Below, in pieces: positions 37,049-49,625 of a stretch of 64,000 bases of DNA. Numbering within the stretch: the stretch's first letter is position 1; each line of letters begins with the position of its first letter. Made by a program: the position numbers and the translations under genes. The notes beneath the pieces were generated by a model. The model worked only from the letters and a program-made list of their open reading frames with translations, was not told the origin of the DNA and did not search any database. The stretch is from positions 124,001-188,000 of the forward strand of contig NC_043020.1 in the NCBI RefSeq assembly GCF_006345805.1, given 5' to 3'. The DNA comes from Octopus sinensis (lineage: Eukaryota).

Positions 37049-38115
37049 TACATTGTGGTCTACCATGTATGCTACATTGTGGTCTACCATGTATGCTTCA
37101 TTGTGGTCTACCATGTATGCTACATTGTGGTCTACCATGTATGCTACACTGTTGCCTATCATGCATGTCACAGTGATTCATCATGCATGTCACACTGTTA
37201 TGTACCACGCACGTCACACTGCAGTCTGCCATGCACGTCACACCATGGTCTACTATGCACATCACACTGCAGTCTGCTTTGTATGTCACAGTGATTCATC
37301 ATGCATGTCACAGTTATCTACCACACACGTCACACTGCAGTCTGCCATGCATGTCACACCATGGTCTGCTATGCACGTCACACTGCAGTCTGCCATGTAT
37401 GTCACAGTGATTCATCATGCATGTCACAGTTATCTACCACACACGTCACACTGCAGTCTGCCACACACGTCACACCATGGTCTACTATGCACATCACACT
37501 GCAGTCTGCCATGCATGTCACTGATTCATCATGCATGTCACACTGTTATCTACCACTCATGTCACACAGCTGTCTGCCATGCACGTCACACCATGGTCTA
37601 CTATGCACATCACACTGCAGTCTGCCATGCATGTCACTGATTCGTCATGCATGTTACACTGTTATCTACCACTCACGTCACACTGCAGTCTGCCATGCAC
37701 GTCACACCATGGTCTACTATACACATCACACTGCAGTCTGCCATGTATGTCACAGTGATTCATCATGCACGTCACACTGTTATCTACCACTCACGTCACA
37801 CTGCAGTCTGCCATGCACGTCACACCATGGTCTACTATGCACATCACACTGCAGTCTGCCATGCATGTCACTGATTCATCATGCATGTCACACTGTTATC
37901 TACCACTCATGTCACACAGCTGTCTGCCATGCACGTCACACCATGGTCTACTATGCACATCACACTGCAGTCTGCCATGCATGTCACTGATTCATCATGC
38001 ATGTCACACTGTTATCTACCACTCACGTCACACTGCAGTTTGCCATGCACGTCACACTGTAGTCTGCCATGCATGTCACAACATATTACATTGTTATCTA
38101 CTATGTGTGTCGCAT
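37049..38115. repeat. Minisatellite of 20-24 bp monomers organised as a 5-mer higher-order repeat (116-118 bp)
   Basis: Four homogeneous 24-mers (TACATTGTGGTCTACCATGTATGC) are followed by about 7.5 cycles of monomers E-A-B-C-D, each starting GTCAC or ATCAC. Confidence 0.95.
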
Positions 38116-38565
38116 GGCCTGCATCTATTGATTTCTTCTCTGACCTGTAGGTATGGTAGACCGTAATTGATATAATTTCCTCACATGCTCTCAGATGTCA
38201 GTCATAAAAAGTCAGTGATTTGACAACAGCATTTCTCAACTTCTCAATGCCATAACAATAATGGACGTGGCTTTTATGTTCAAAAGTGCTGAAGTAATGT
38301 CCGTGGCTGTGACAGTCGTAGTGGTCATGGTGATGACAATGACGGTAGTAGTTTTAATTGTAACAGAAGTTGCGGGGGAGTGGAGGTGATGATGATGATG
38401 CTTGTAATGATGGTGGTGGTGGTGGGTTGTACAGGTGGTAGTGGTGGCGGAGGACTTTTTTTTTGTTCAGGACAAAGTTCAACTTATATGCAACACCCTT
38501 TTTTGTCTTTTCCTAAACTGCTACTACTACTACTACTGATGAATACTACTACTACTACCACCACC

Positions 38566-38596
<31 letters not shown>

Positions 38597-39310
38597 GTGG
38601 TAGTAGTGGTAGTGGAAGCTATACTAATGATTATTAGGGTAAATTATGAAGTGCATGGATATTCACGTATGTTACAGATCCATGAGAAGAAACCTTCTGC
38701 TACATTTGCTAAATTCCTTCTGGCTTTCTTCGTTTACACACAGGATGTTACACTTACGTATATATATATGCGTAAGTAAATAATGAATATCAATGAGAAC
38801 AAATAAAGCATAAAACAAGCACACGGTAAAAACAAAGTCACTACCCCTCCCCCCAACCACCACCACCACCAACAACTCATTCTTTCTCGTTTTCTTTCTC
38901 TGTCAACTCCCTTCTCTCCTCACACACATACACATAAACACACACACACACAAACACATAAACACACACACACACAAACACATAAACACACACACACACA
39001 CTACCCCAGCCCACTGTCCCACCCACTCTTGCCTGCAAACTAGTTGTCAGTCCTGAATTAATAATACTTTTAAGTATTGATGTTTTCTTTTTAGAATCTA
39101 CCTACTAATCTACACCACGTGTTCAGGATTAATGGGCATGAAATTGTAAACATTCTAATAAAAGTTTCAAAGCTTACCTAGCAGAATAAATAATTTCTGT
39201 GGCGGGGCCGGGTGGGGGTGGGGGGTGGAGGAGGAGGAGGAAGGCATTGTTTTCTGTAAAACCTGTTTATTTATTTATTTTTTGTTCCATATCTTATGTA
39301 TCCTTAAACA

Positions 39311-39490
39311 TTCTTTTACTCTTTTAGTCGAGCAAATCGACCCCTCCGGGACTCATTCGTTTTGTAAGCCCAGTACTTATTCTATCGGTCTCTTTTGCCG
39401 AACCGCTAAGTGACGGGGACGTAAACACACCAGCATCGGTTGTCAAGCAATCCTAGGGGAACAAACACAGACACACAAATACACACACAC

Positions 39491-39521
<31 letters not shown>

Positions 39522-39693
39522 CATATATACGACAGGCTTCTTTCAGTTTCCGCCTACCAAATCCACTCACAAAGCATTGGTCGGCCCGGGGCTATAGCAG
39601 AAGACACTTGCCCAAGATGCCACGCAGTGGGACTGAACCCGCAACCATGTGGCTGGTTAGCAAGCTACTTACCACACAGCCACTCCTGCGCCT
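39311..39693 (-). mobile_element. SINE family A, antisense, with a small deletion in the tail
   Basis: Reverse complement of family A ending CCACTCCTGCGCCT. Confidence 0.9.
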
Positions 39694-40118
39694 ATGTATA
39701 TTTGAAAGAAGAAAGTTTGATCTTCATTAAACATCCATTTGTCTATGCTTACGTGAGTCAGATGGAATTTGCTGAGGCAGATTTTCTGTGACTGGATACC
39801 CTTCTTGTTCACCAGTCTTCACTTGTTTCCAAACAAGGTAAAATATCCTGCCCCCAGTGGCCAGACATGGTTTCCATGGAAGATTGGAAATGAACAGCGT
39901 CGCCTCTATGACAATACTGTTTGTTTACAGTCATAATGCCAAGATGTGTTGAGGCATGTTTTCTACAGCCAGGTGCCTTTCCTGTTGCCAACACTCACCT
40001 GTTTCCAGCAAGATAATATCCCCTGCCATAGCAAGACATGTTTTTCATGAAGAACAGTATGCATTGCATGTATGGTGGTGATGCTTGTTTGCAATCGTCA
40101 CATGATGTCAAGACAAAG

Positions 40119-40155
<37 letters not shown>

Positions 40156-41332
40156 TGCATACATATACATACACATTTTTGTTTTTTCTTTCTCAGCTGA
40201 TAAAGATAGAATTTTTTTAAATAATTTTTTCATAATATTTTTTGATTCAAAAGTATTCTTCTCTGCATCATTATAACAGCCTTTGATCTGTGTAAACTTA
40301 GATGTCTTCACAATAATGCCATCCTTACAATGAATGGTTTATTGTATTCTGCTTCAACTGTGCTTCATAAATTCTTTTCTTTCTGTGTCTTTTCTTTTTT
40401 TATATCTGAATGTATGCATGCTGTGTGATACCTTAAAAATGTCTAGCAATTTAGCTGGCATTTTAAACATGATTATAATCAGGTTTAACTTTTGAGTTTC
40501 ATCTTTGAAACAATTCACTTGACCTTTTCCATGTCCTGATTATTCTTAATATTGCTGTTGCTCTTAGAAACTTGTGGATATATAGCAACAATTATTTGAT
40601 TACAAATCACTGAAATATTGCAAAAATTTTTTATATTTTATATTATAAGATTATAATTTTTTCTGAATATTCAAAGAAAATTTTATTTCAGTTTTCTATT
40701 AGATTTGCAAAATTCTTGATGTGAACCTGTCTGTTGAATTAGATTTTGTTGCATCTTGGGGAGGTCATTATGCCAATAATAAACACATTCACTGGTTCTT
40801 TTTCACTTCTTTATCCATTTTGTTTCTTCTTTTGTTTTCATCTGTTGGTTAATGATTTAACTGACTTTAATAATTTACATAAAACTTTGATGTATGTTGG
40901 GAGGGTCAGTATATCGATAATGAACACATACATTGATCCTATTTCACTTTTTTTTTTCTATTTCTATCAACTGTCAAACATTTAACCAGTTAACTAATCA
41001 TCTGATTAATTGTTCAGTCCATCAATCAAACAGTCCTTTCATCACCATTTGCAATCTCAACAATGGCATTTCCTCGATTCCAAGTTAGAAAACGTGGGTT
41101 GGCAGAATGATGAGAGTATTGGTGTGAAAATGTTTTGTGACATTCCTTCTGGCTTTTTAAGTTCTGAGGTCAAATATCGCAGAGGTTAACTTTGCCTTTC
41201 ATCCTTTTTACACTTGATGAAACAAAGTACCAGTCAAGTACTGGGGTTGGTGGGGTGGGGTTTACTGTAATTGATTTGACTCCCTTTCCACTAAAATTTG
41301 CTGGCCTCTTGCCAAAATTTGAAACCACTTAT

Positions 41333-41650
41333 TATTACCTCTGCCTTAGCAAAGGCAGAGGTATTGTTTTCAGTGGTGTTTGTTGGATGGATTCAGGTGA
41401 AACTTTCAGGGATGTTTGGCCTCGTGACTGGCACAAACTGATTAGATTTTGGAATCGATCCAGTACCGGACAAGGGTTATTCTTCCTTTTTTTTTACTTA
41501 ATTTTGAGAGCGGTCAGGTTCATTTTTAGCATTCTTGTTTGTGAGAGAGTTTATTTCAGATATTCTCATTTAAAAAATCATCTCTGGCTAATTGTTGAGA
41601 GGACATCGGTGTTGTCTTGGCAGAGGTTTGTGCTCTCTGAGTGCTCTTAT
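41333..41650 (-). mobile_element. Non-autonomous Helentron-like element (second copy)
   Basis: Perfect terminal hairpin CCTCTGCCTT-AGCA-AAGGCAGAGG; the body is the reverse complement of 34915-35262 and sits in ATT-rich sequence. Confidence 0.65.
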
Positions 41651-41952
41651 TATTATTATTGTTATTATCATCAAATTCAACTGAGGTCAACTTTGCCTTT
41701 CATTAGTAAATTAAGTACCAGTTGAGTACTAGGGTTGATGAAATCAACTATCCCTCTCCCCTAAACTTCAGCCCTTGTGCCTATAGTAGAAAGGACTATT
41801 ATTATCATCATCATCATTAAATTCAACTAAGGTCAACTTTGCGTTTCATCCTTTCGGGGTTGGTAAATTAAGTACCAGTGAAACACTGGAGTCGATGTAA
41901 TCAACTAGTCCTCTTACCCCAAATTTCAGGCTTTGTGCCTTTAGTAGAAAGG

Positions 41953-42008
<56 letters not shown>

Positions 42009-42036
42009 CATTATTATTATTGTTATTATCATTATT

Positions 42037-42082
<46 letters not shown>

Positions 42083-42090
42083 CATTATTA

Positions 42091-42130
<40 letters not shown>

Positions 42131-42175
42131 CATTATTATTATTAGTAGTAGTAGTAGTATGATTATTAGTATTAT
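41953..42175. repeat. Long imperfect (ATT)n microsatellite expanded from an F-type SINE tail
   Basis: Follows TAGTAGAAAGG (the SINE end) directly; about 220 bp of ATT/ATC/AGT. Confidence 0.95.
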
Positions 42176-42938
42176 TGGACATTAACAAAAGAGTGCAAGT
42201 AGGAAAAATTGGAACCAATTGGGAAGTGAAATGCAGTCGTGAACTTGAGTCACAGAAAACTTAAACCAAAAGAAAATAAAAAAAGAAAAAAAACAAAAGC
42301 AAGAGATTCAGACAGACATATTGACTTCTAATGTTTGTATATGGTGCATTTATTAAATTTTCTTTTTAAAGTAATGAATCTAATTATCCTCAAGATTAAT
42401 TATGTAACCTACTTCTTTATTAGAGGTCACCAGTTGTAAAAGCCCTACCTACTTTAATCTGTTGTCATTGCTTTTAATACTTTCTTTATGATAATCTTGT
42501 GGTAAAAATAGAATGTTGTTCCATGTTCATTGTCATTTCATTTTCTTCCTGAATAACAGAAATCATGAAATTTGATTTAATCTTTTAGATTTTGTTACAG
42601 TCATTATTATTATTATTATTGATGTTGTTGTTGTATCAGTGTATCAGTTGGTTGGTTGACTGACTTGTTTGTGAGATTTGTTTCATTACAGCGAACCAGC
42701 ATTCTGAAACTTTTAGTTTTGTTTGTTTGTTTGTTTGGCTTTTTCTTTTTTCTTTTTTTTTTCTTTCATTTATTTAAAGATACAAAATAATCTCTTAAAA
42801 ATTTTTAGCTCTCTGTATTTTAATTCTTTGCTGCTTCTGTAATACATTGCATGCTTTTCACTAATCCTCTCTTGTGAGACATCTATGAATACACATACAC
42901 ATGCACACACATGATTATCTGTATATGCATATATACAT

Positions 42939-42994
<56 letters not shown>

Positions 42995-44684
42995 GCATGC
43001 ATGTATGTATGTATTGTGTATGTGTATATAAACAATCAATTAAACGGATGCCGTTTCTTTGTAGTTTTTAAAGAAATTTAAGCACGATTTTTATTTTTCC
43101 AGGCCATACACATTTCTAGGGATTGGAAATTTGCCATTTTCATTTTGGCACCGACTGTAAATGTTACTGCACTTCTTTGCTTCTGTTTACTTGTTTAGAA
43201 GCATGAAATTGAAGATCAGCCTTTAATATGATCATTCATTCTTGCAGAACTAAGGCTATGTTGATTTTGGTTCACTTTGATATGCTCGTCAGCTGTCTGT
43301 GACTTGTCAGCATTTAGAGACAGCACCGGAAAAATAACATTGATCACATGACCATGAGTACCAAAACAGCTTTTGTGATGTTCTCTTTGACATGTATTGA
43401 TTTATTGTCTGTTGTTTGTTTGGCTCTTCCCATTGATGAAGTTATCTACTGTTGAGGAAGTTTTCAGAGAAATAGCTTGTCTTTCTCTCTCCGCTGCTTT
43501 CAGTCTTTCTGCTTAACTACCTTTGGCTACTATTATGGTATCATGGGTTTTGTTTTTATTGGCTCTTGGAAAGTTAATCATTGTTTGGCTCTTTCTTTTT
43601 TTCTTTCTGCATTTCTTCTTCCTTTCATTCCTAGTTATAGTCATCTCTATAAAGTTGAATGAGTTCTTTCACCATCCTTTTTTTTTTCTTTTCATTTTTC
43701 TTTTTTTTTTTTTTTTCTGCTACATTTCCCCCTCCAGACTTATGTGAGTAGCAAGCATGCTATTCAAATTCTTTACTCAAACTTATCTTTGTCATTCTTC
43801 TAAAATAGAAGTGGTTTATTTATTTTTTTTCTTTTTTGAAAAGGGCAGATTTTTGTCTTAGACTCTTTTGAATCCAGTTTCGAGTTTACTTTAGATTTAT
43901 TTATTCATTTATTTAATACAAAAAAAAAAAAAGAAACTCAATGTTAGTTATTCAATGTAAAAGCAACCAAATCACGATTGATTTGTCTTTATACACGAGT
44001 TGCTTTTATTTCGATATGCTGTAAAAATAAAAAACAAATAAAAAAAAGGAATTCTGATAGAAGGGGGGAAGAAAATGGTCGAGGAGGTGTAGTTTCTTGG
44101 GATACTTTTGGAAGTTGTTTATAAAACATTCCTTTTGAGGTGAATCAGAGATTTCACTGCAGAGTTATTGGAAATGATATTAATTCAATAAAATCTTTGT
44201 AAGTTGAATGGGAAGAAGGTTTTTTAGTTTGATGTCGTGATGTAAAATGTCCTTTATCTTCATTACTATCTATAGCAGTTCCTTGTTTTGTCACTGAAAG
44301 AAAATGGCATATCATTTGATGGAGTAAATATATTTCAAAGATGTTTGTTTGGGTCGTAAAGCCAGGAAATGCTGTTAAAATCTTTGTCTTTTCACCTCTG
44401 AGTGTGAGTATGTGTGTGTGTGTGTGTGTGATTTCGTTTATTTATTTTATATTGCATTTGATGAATAACGGCATTGACATTGTTTATAGGTTTCCACTGG
44501 ACCAATCATTGATTCACTATGTTTCTGACAGTGGTGAGAGTGTCAAGAAGAGACTGTCCATATCTCGCTGCAGAACAATTATTACAAGGGATTTTGTTTG
44601 TAATGCACTAGCTTTACATTTTTTTTTTTCACCAATATGCATCCGGCAGCCTGGTTCCCTCCTATACATGTACAGATAAATGAG

Positions 44685-44945
44685 CACCATCCGATCGTGG
44701 ACGTTGCCAGCCTCGCCTGGTCTCTGTGCCAGTGGCACATAAAAAGCATCATCCGATCATGGCCGTTTGCCAGCCTCATCTGGCACATAAAAAGCACCCA
44801 CTACACTCATGGAGTGGTTGGCGTTAGGAAGGGCATCCAGCCGTAGAAACATTGCCAGATCAGACTGGGCCTGGTACAGCCTCCTGGCTTCACAGACCCC
44901 AGTTTAACCGTCCAACCCATGCTAAACGATGATGATGATGATGAT
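44685..44945 (+). mobile_element. Repeat family C with internal duplication
   Basis: CCATCCGATC(G/A)TGG...GGCACATAAAAAGCA occurs twice, followed by GGTTGGCGTTAGGAAGGGCATCCAGCCGTAGAAAC and (GAT)n. Confidence 0.8.
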
Positions 44946-45648
44946 GCATCAGAGAACAACATACTCAACTGGCTCACACAGTTTCTGTTTACTAGCTTCT
45001 GTTAACAAGGTATTTATTGGTTAAACTGAGGCTACAGAAACGTTTGTTGAAGCTGAGGCAGAGTAGGGTCAAACCTGCAACCAGATGATTGTAGAACAGG
45101 CTTCTTGACCACACAGTCCTGGAATACCTTTCATACACCAGGGTAGTTAATTGTTTCTATATATGTAGGTCACTTCAGTGCAGAGAAAGGATTCTTTTCT
45201 CTTGTTTTAGTTATTGGACTGTGGCCATGCTGGGGCACCATATTGAAGAGCTTAATCACACAAATTGATCTCAGTTCTTATTTATTTATTATTATTATTA
45301 TTTTTTTTGGGTTTAGTACTAATTCTATTGTTCAGTTTTGCTGAACTGCTAAGTTGTAGGTAGGTAAACAAACTAACACCAGTTGTCAAGTGGTGAGAGT
45401 CACAAGTACTAGATGTAATTTTACATATGTATGTACATAATACATACTGCGGCCATGCTGGGACACCACACTGAATAATTTTAGTCGAAGGAATCAATCC
45501 CAGTACTTACATTTTTTTTAAAGCCTTCTATCGGTCTATTTTGTTGAAGCACCTAGTTACGAGGGCATAAACACACCAATGCCAGTTGTCAAATAGTGGT
45601 GGGGGACATAAACAAAGACACACAGACACACACATACATTCAGTTTCT

Positions 45649-46050
45649 TATTTCTTTATTGCTCACAAGGGGACAAACAAGGACAGACAAAGGGATTAAG
45701 TCGATTACATCGACCCCAGTGTGTAACTGGTACTTAATTTATCGACCCCGAAAGGATGAAAGGCAAAGTTGACATTGGCGGAATTTGAACTCAGAACATA
45801 ACGGCAGATGGAATACCTATTTCTTTACTACCCACAAGGGGCTAAACATAGAGGGGACAAACAAGGACAGACAAAGGGATTAAGTCAATTACATCGACCC
45901 CAGTACGTAACTGGTACTTAATTTATCGACCCCTAAAGGATGAAAGGCAAAGTTGACCTTGGCGGAATTTGAACTCAGAACATAACGGCAGATAAAATAC
46001 CACTAAGTGTGTCACCCGGCATGCTAACATTTCTTCCAGCTCACCACCTT
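45649..46050 (-). mobile_element. SINE family B tandem dimer inserted in an antisense A-type SINE
   Basis: TSD TTCAGTTTCT (45639-45648, 46060-46069; reverse complement AGAAACTGAA) and a 9-nt filler. Confidence 0.9.
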
Positions 46051-46841
46051 AACCATATGTTCAGTTTCTACCAACCAAATCCACTCACAAGGCTTTGGTT
46101 GACCCAAGGTGCCATGTAGTGGGACTGAACCCAGAATCATGTGTTTGGAAAGCAAACTTTTTGCCACACAGCCACACCTGTTCTTGTGGACCTCTGCTAC
46201 ATATGATGAGGATGCTTTCGGCTCAAAACCAACTTTTTATCTGTAGTAACTCTCAGACTTCAATTAAATTATTCATAACCGTCTTAGAATAATTCCCAAG
46301 CCTGTTAGCTTGAACATCACCTTTCAGCTGTCTGGCTTTGTGCTTCATCCTGACAAAATCTTTGTTTAAACTCCATTACACACTAATATCAATAAATTTA
46401 AGCATAATGTTGTCCAGGATGTACTATGTGTAAATAAAAGAGGGGATGATCATAGATGGAACGCCTTTGATCTTAGGTCAGTTCTACCTGGGTTGAGTCA
46501 AGCTATATTAAAAAAGCACACTCAGGCATATGTGTGGCTGTGTGTTTGAGAAGCTTGCATCTCAAATTACATAGTTTCATGTTCAGTCCCACTGTGTGGC
46601 ACCTTGGCCAAGGGTCTTCTACTATAATCTCAGAATGAACCAAATTCTTGTGAGTGGATTTGTTTGGGAGAAACTGAATGAATCCTCTGTGTGTGTGTGT
46701 GTGTGTGTGTATTCTTGTTTTGACATTATGTGATGGTTGTAACATTCAGCCATAGAAAATCTGCCGCATCATTTCCATACAAACATAAAAAAGTGGATGT
46801 AAAATGATGACACACACACACACACACACAGTGGCTATAGT

Positions 46842-47248
46842 CGCAGGAGTGGCTGTGTGGTAAGTAGCTTGCTAACCAACCACATGGTTCCGGGTTCAGT
46901 CCCACTGCGTGGCATCTTGGGCAAGTGTCTTCTACTATAGCCCTGGGCTGACCAATGCCTTGTGAGTGGATTTGGTAGACGGAAACTGAAAGAAGCCTGT
47001 CGTATATATGTATATATATGTATATGTTTGTGTGTGTTTGTGTGTCTGTATTTGTCCCCCTAGCATTGCTTGACAACCGATGCTGGTGTGTTTACGTCCT
47101 CGTCACTTAGCGGTTCAGCAAAAGAGACCGATAGAATAAGTACTGGGCTTACAAAGAATAAGTCCTGGGGTCGATTTGCTCGAATAAAGGCAGTGCTCCA
47201 GCATGGCCGCAGTCAAATGACTGAAACAAGTAAAAGAGTAAAAGAGTA
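46842..47248 (+). mobile_element. SINE family A, full length, near consensus
   Basis: CGCAGGAGTGGCTGTGTGGTAAGTAG...AAGTAAAAGAGTAAAAGAG. Confidence 0.92.
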
Positions 47249-48519
47249 TGATCCAATGAAGGAGTGTCCACCAGGTCAGTTGACTTAGTAGAAATAGAAA
47301 CTCCAATCTCTGTAAAACCACTCTTAAAAACAAAAAGTGAAGGGAGACATTAGATAATCAGATCCTGGATATATTGTGTGTGAAAAACACAAAAAAGGCA
47401 GGATAATTGCAATTGGGATGTCATATGATGGCTTGATCAGAGATAACCTGGGGTTAAATAACAGCAATCTTCACAGCGGGACTCCCATCCTTTAAATGCA
47501 AACTAAACAATCCTCTGTCTTCTGAGTTTAACAGAAATTGAGGCTTGAAAAGTGTGTGCTGTGAATTAATTGCTGACTAGTTCTGGAATTAGCTGGAAGT
47601 GAGTAGTTGCTTGAGGTTAAAATAAGTCAAAAGTTATAAATAAATGGCTTTTGCAGTCAGTGATTCATTAGTATCTATTTACAAACCTTCCAATATACAT
47701 TCTTACACCGCACCCAGTATTACATACAGAGAAGTCTTCTCTTGTTCATCTATTGATTTGGCCTTTTTTTTTTTTTTTCATTTTTTTTATCTTTTCTATC
47801 AGACATCCATAATAAAAGAAAACCACCTAAAAAAAAAAAAATTTAAAAACAGAACAAAACAAAAAAAACAGGAAGTTGTGTTTATTTTAGACACTGAATC
47901 AATTGACTCTAATTCTATCTTAATTTTCCATCATGGCTGATTTTGATTGATATCTGTGTCCTAAATTTTTTTGTTCAAAAACTCTGACATTATTATACTT
48001 GTAGTAAACAGCTATAAAAACACCCAGGCCAAGGTTTGAAAGCATATCCACATTTTCCCACATTGTCAAACAAATCCTCAGCCCATTGTCTTAGCCCTTT
48101 TGCAATAAAAGATTAATGAGAATGGTTTCACACTACATACTCTATAAATACGCCAGGGATTTTCATAAATTTATGCTGATGACATACTTTTTTTTAACCC
48201 AATTTTTGAGATGGTAGCAAATAGGATTTGAGGGAAATTTTGGCTATCCTTTCTAGAAGGTTGAATGCATATTTGAAAAGCTTGTTTTTAGCTGTGGTGC
48301 AGTTACTTATTTGCTCTTTTTAGCCTAATTTTAGTCTCATTTTAGTCTAATAGGTTGCAGCTATGCCGAGGCTCGGCTTTGAAGAGTTTTTAGCTGTTCA
48401 CATCAAACTCGGTATTTATTCTTGAAGTCTGTGGCACATTTTAGTGACTAATGGAATATAAACACAGACACTGTTTTTGCAAATGTTGTCAAATGTAAAT
48501 ATAGACGAAAAGATAGATA

Positions 48520-48935
48520 GACACATGCGCACGTGCACATACACGTGTGTGTATTTATATACATGTGTGTGCATGTATTTATATACATGTATGTGTGTGT
48601 GTTTATATACATGTTTGTGTGTGTGTATTTATATATGTGTGTGTATACATATACAGATATGTGTGTGTATATACATATATAGATATGTGTGTGTATATAC
48701 ATATATATGTGTGTGTATATACATATAAAGATGTGTGTGTGTATATGCATATATAGATGTGTGTGTGTGTGTGGATACATATATAGATGTGTGTGTGCGT
48801 ATACATATATAGATATATGTGTGTGCATATACATATATATAGATATTTGTGTGTGCATATGCATATATAGATTGTGTGTGTGTGTGTGTGAATATACATA
48901 TATAGATATGTGTGTGTGTATATAGATATGTGTAT
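48520..48935. repeat. Microsatellite-derived minisatellite (~22-28 bp GATATGTGTGTGTATATACATATATA-like units)
   Basis: The ATATATAGAT(A)TGTGTGTG anchor is repeated about 9 times. Confidence 0.85.
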
Positions 48936-48984
48936 ATTGCAGCAAGAGTGTTAAGACCGATCCTTCTGGTGGTGTAAAGCACTC

Positions 48985-49230
48985 GTGGCAGTGTCACATA
49001 AAAGTGCCCATGTGGTGACATGTAAAAGCCTCTTTGCAGTGCCCACATAAAAGCACCCAGCACACTCTGTAAAGCAGTTAGCATTAGGAAGGGCATCCAG
49101 CCATCAAAGCCATGGCAAATCAGATTGGAGTCTGGCGTAGCTCTCCCCCCCCCCCCCCCCCCCCGCTTGCTAGCCCTGGTCAAACCATCCAACCCATGCC
49201 AGCATGGATGACAGACGTTAAATGATGATG
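48985..49230 (+). mobile_element. Repeat family C containing a poly-C tract
   Basis: TTAGCATTAGGAAGGGCATCCAGCC...CCAACCCATGCCAGCATGG...(GAT)n. Confidence 0.75.
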
Positions 49231-49440
49231 AGTGCGTGTACATACACGTATTCATATAAGTGTATGTATATATAAAGGTATTATCATCATCACCATCATC
49301 ATAGTTGAAAATCTGCTTTCCATGTTGGCATGGGTTGGACAGTTTGATATGCATATAAATATGTAGGGGTGTGTATATGCATGTATGTATGTGTATGTAT
49401 GTATGTATGTATGTATGTATGTATATATATATATCTATAT

Positions 49441-49625
49441 TGTCAATCCAAACATGAACAAGCAAGAAAAAACAACAACATGCGAGGACATGGAATAAGT
49501 ACAGTGTTATTAGACACTCAGGAAAGGAAAGAAAAGGAAGAAGATTTCATGTTTTGAGCAGAGCTCTTCATCAGAAATATAGAAAAAGTTCAAAGAAGGG
49601 AAGATGGCGAAAGAAAATTGCCAAC
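49441..49625 (-). mobile_element. Penelope-like terminal repeat fragment (second copy)
   Basis: Inverted homologue of 5330-5508, adjoining TA/TG microsatellite. Confidence 0.6.
49544..49578 (-). ncRNA. Minimal type I hammerhead motif, probably inactivated (G12 to A)
   Basis: The minus strand reads attt-CTGATGA-a-gagc tct gctc-AAAA-CA-T-G-aaat. Stem I covaries with the 5376 copy (attt/aaat vs gttt/aaac). Confidence 0.55.

Noticed and set aside
37053-38166. His/Cys-rich ORFs up to 229 aa, suggestive of a metal-binding or beak-type protein
   Set aside because: The HOR period (116 or 118 bp) is not a multiple of 3, so each ORF cycles through all three readings. Monomer indels of 2-4 bp show no frame constraint, and no splice or start context was found.
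40200-40620. A-rich minus-strand open stretches (KTSKFTQIKGCYNDAEKN...)
   Set aside because: No recognisable motif and multiple stops; indistinguishable from compositional bias by eye.
41192-41725. 177-aa ORF
   Set aside because: It is stitched from an F-type SINE, the Helentron-like element and another SINE piece, and is open by chance.
41878-42218. Poly-Ile and poly-Asn ORFs
   Set aside because: These are the (ATT)n microsatellite.
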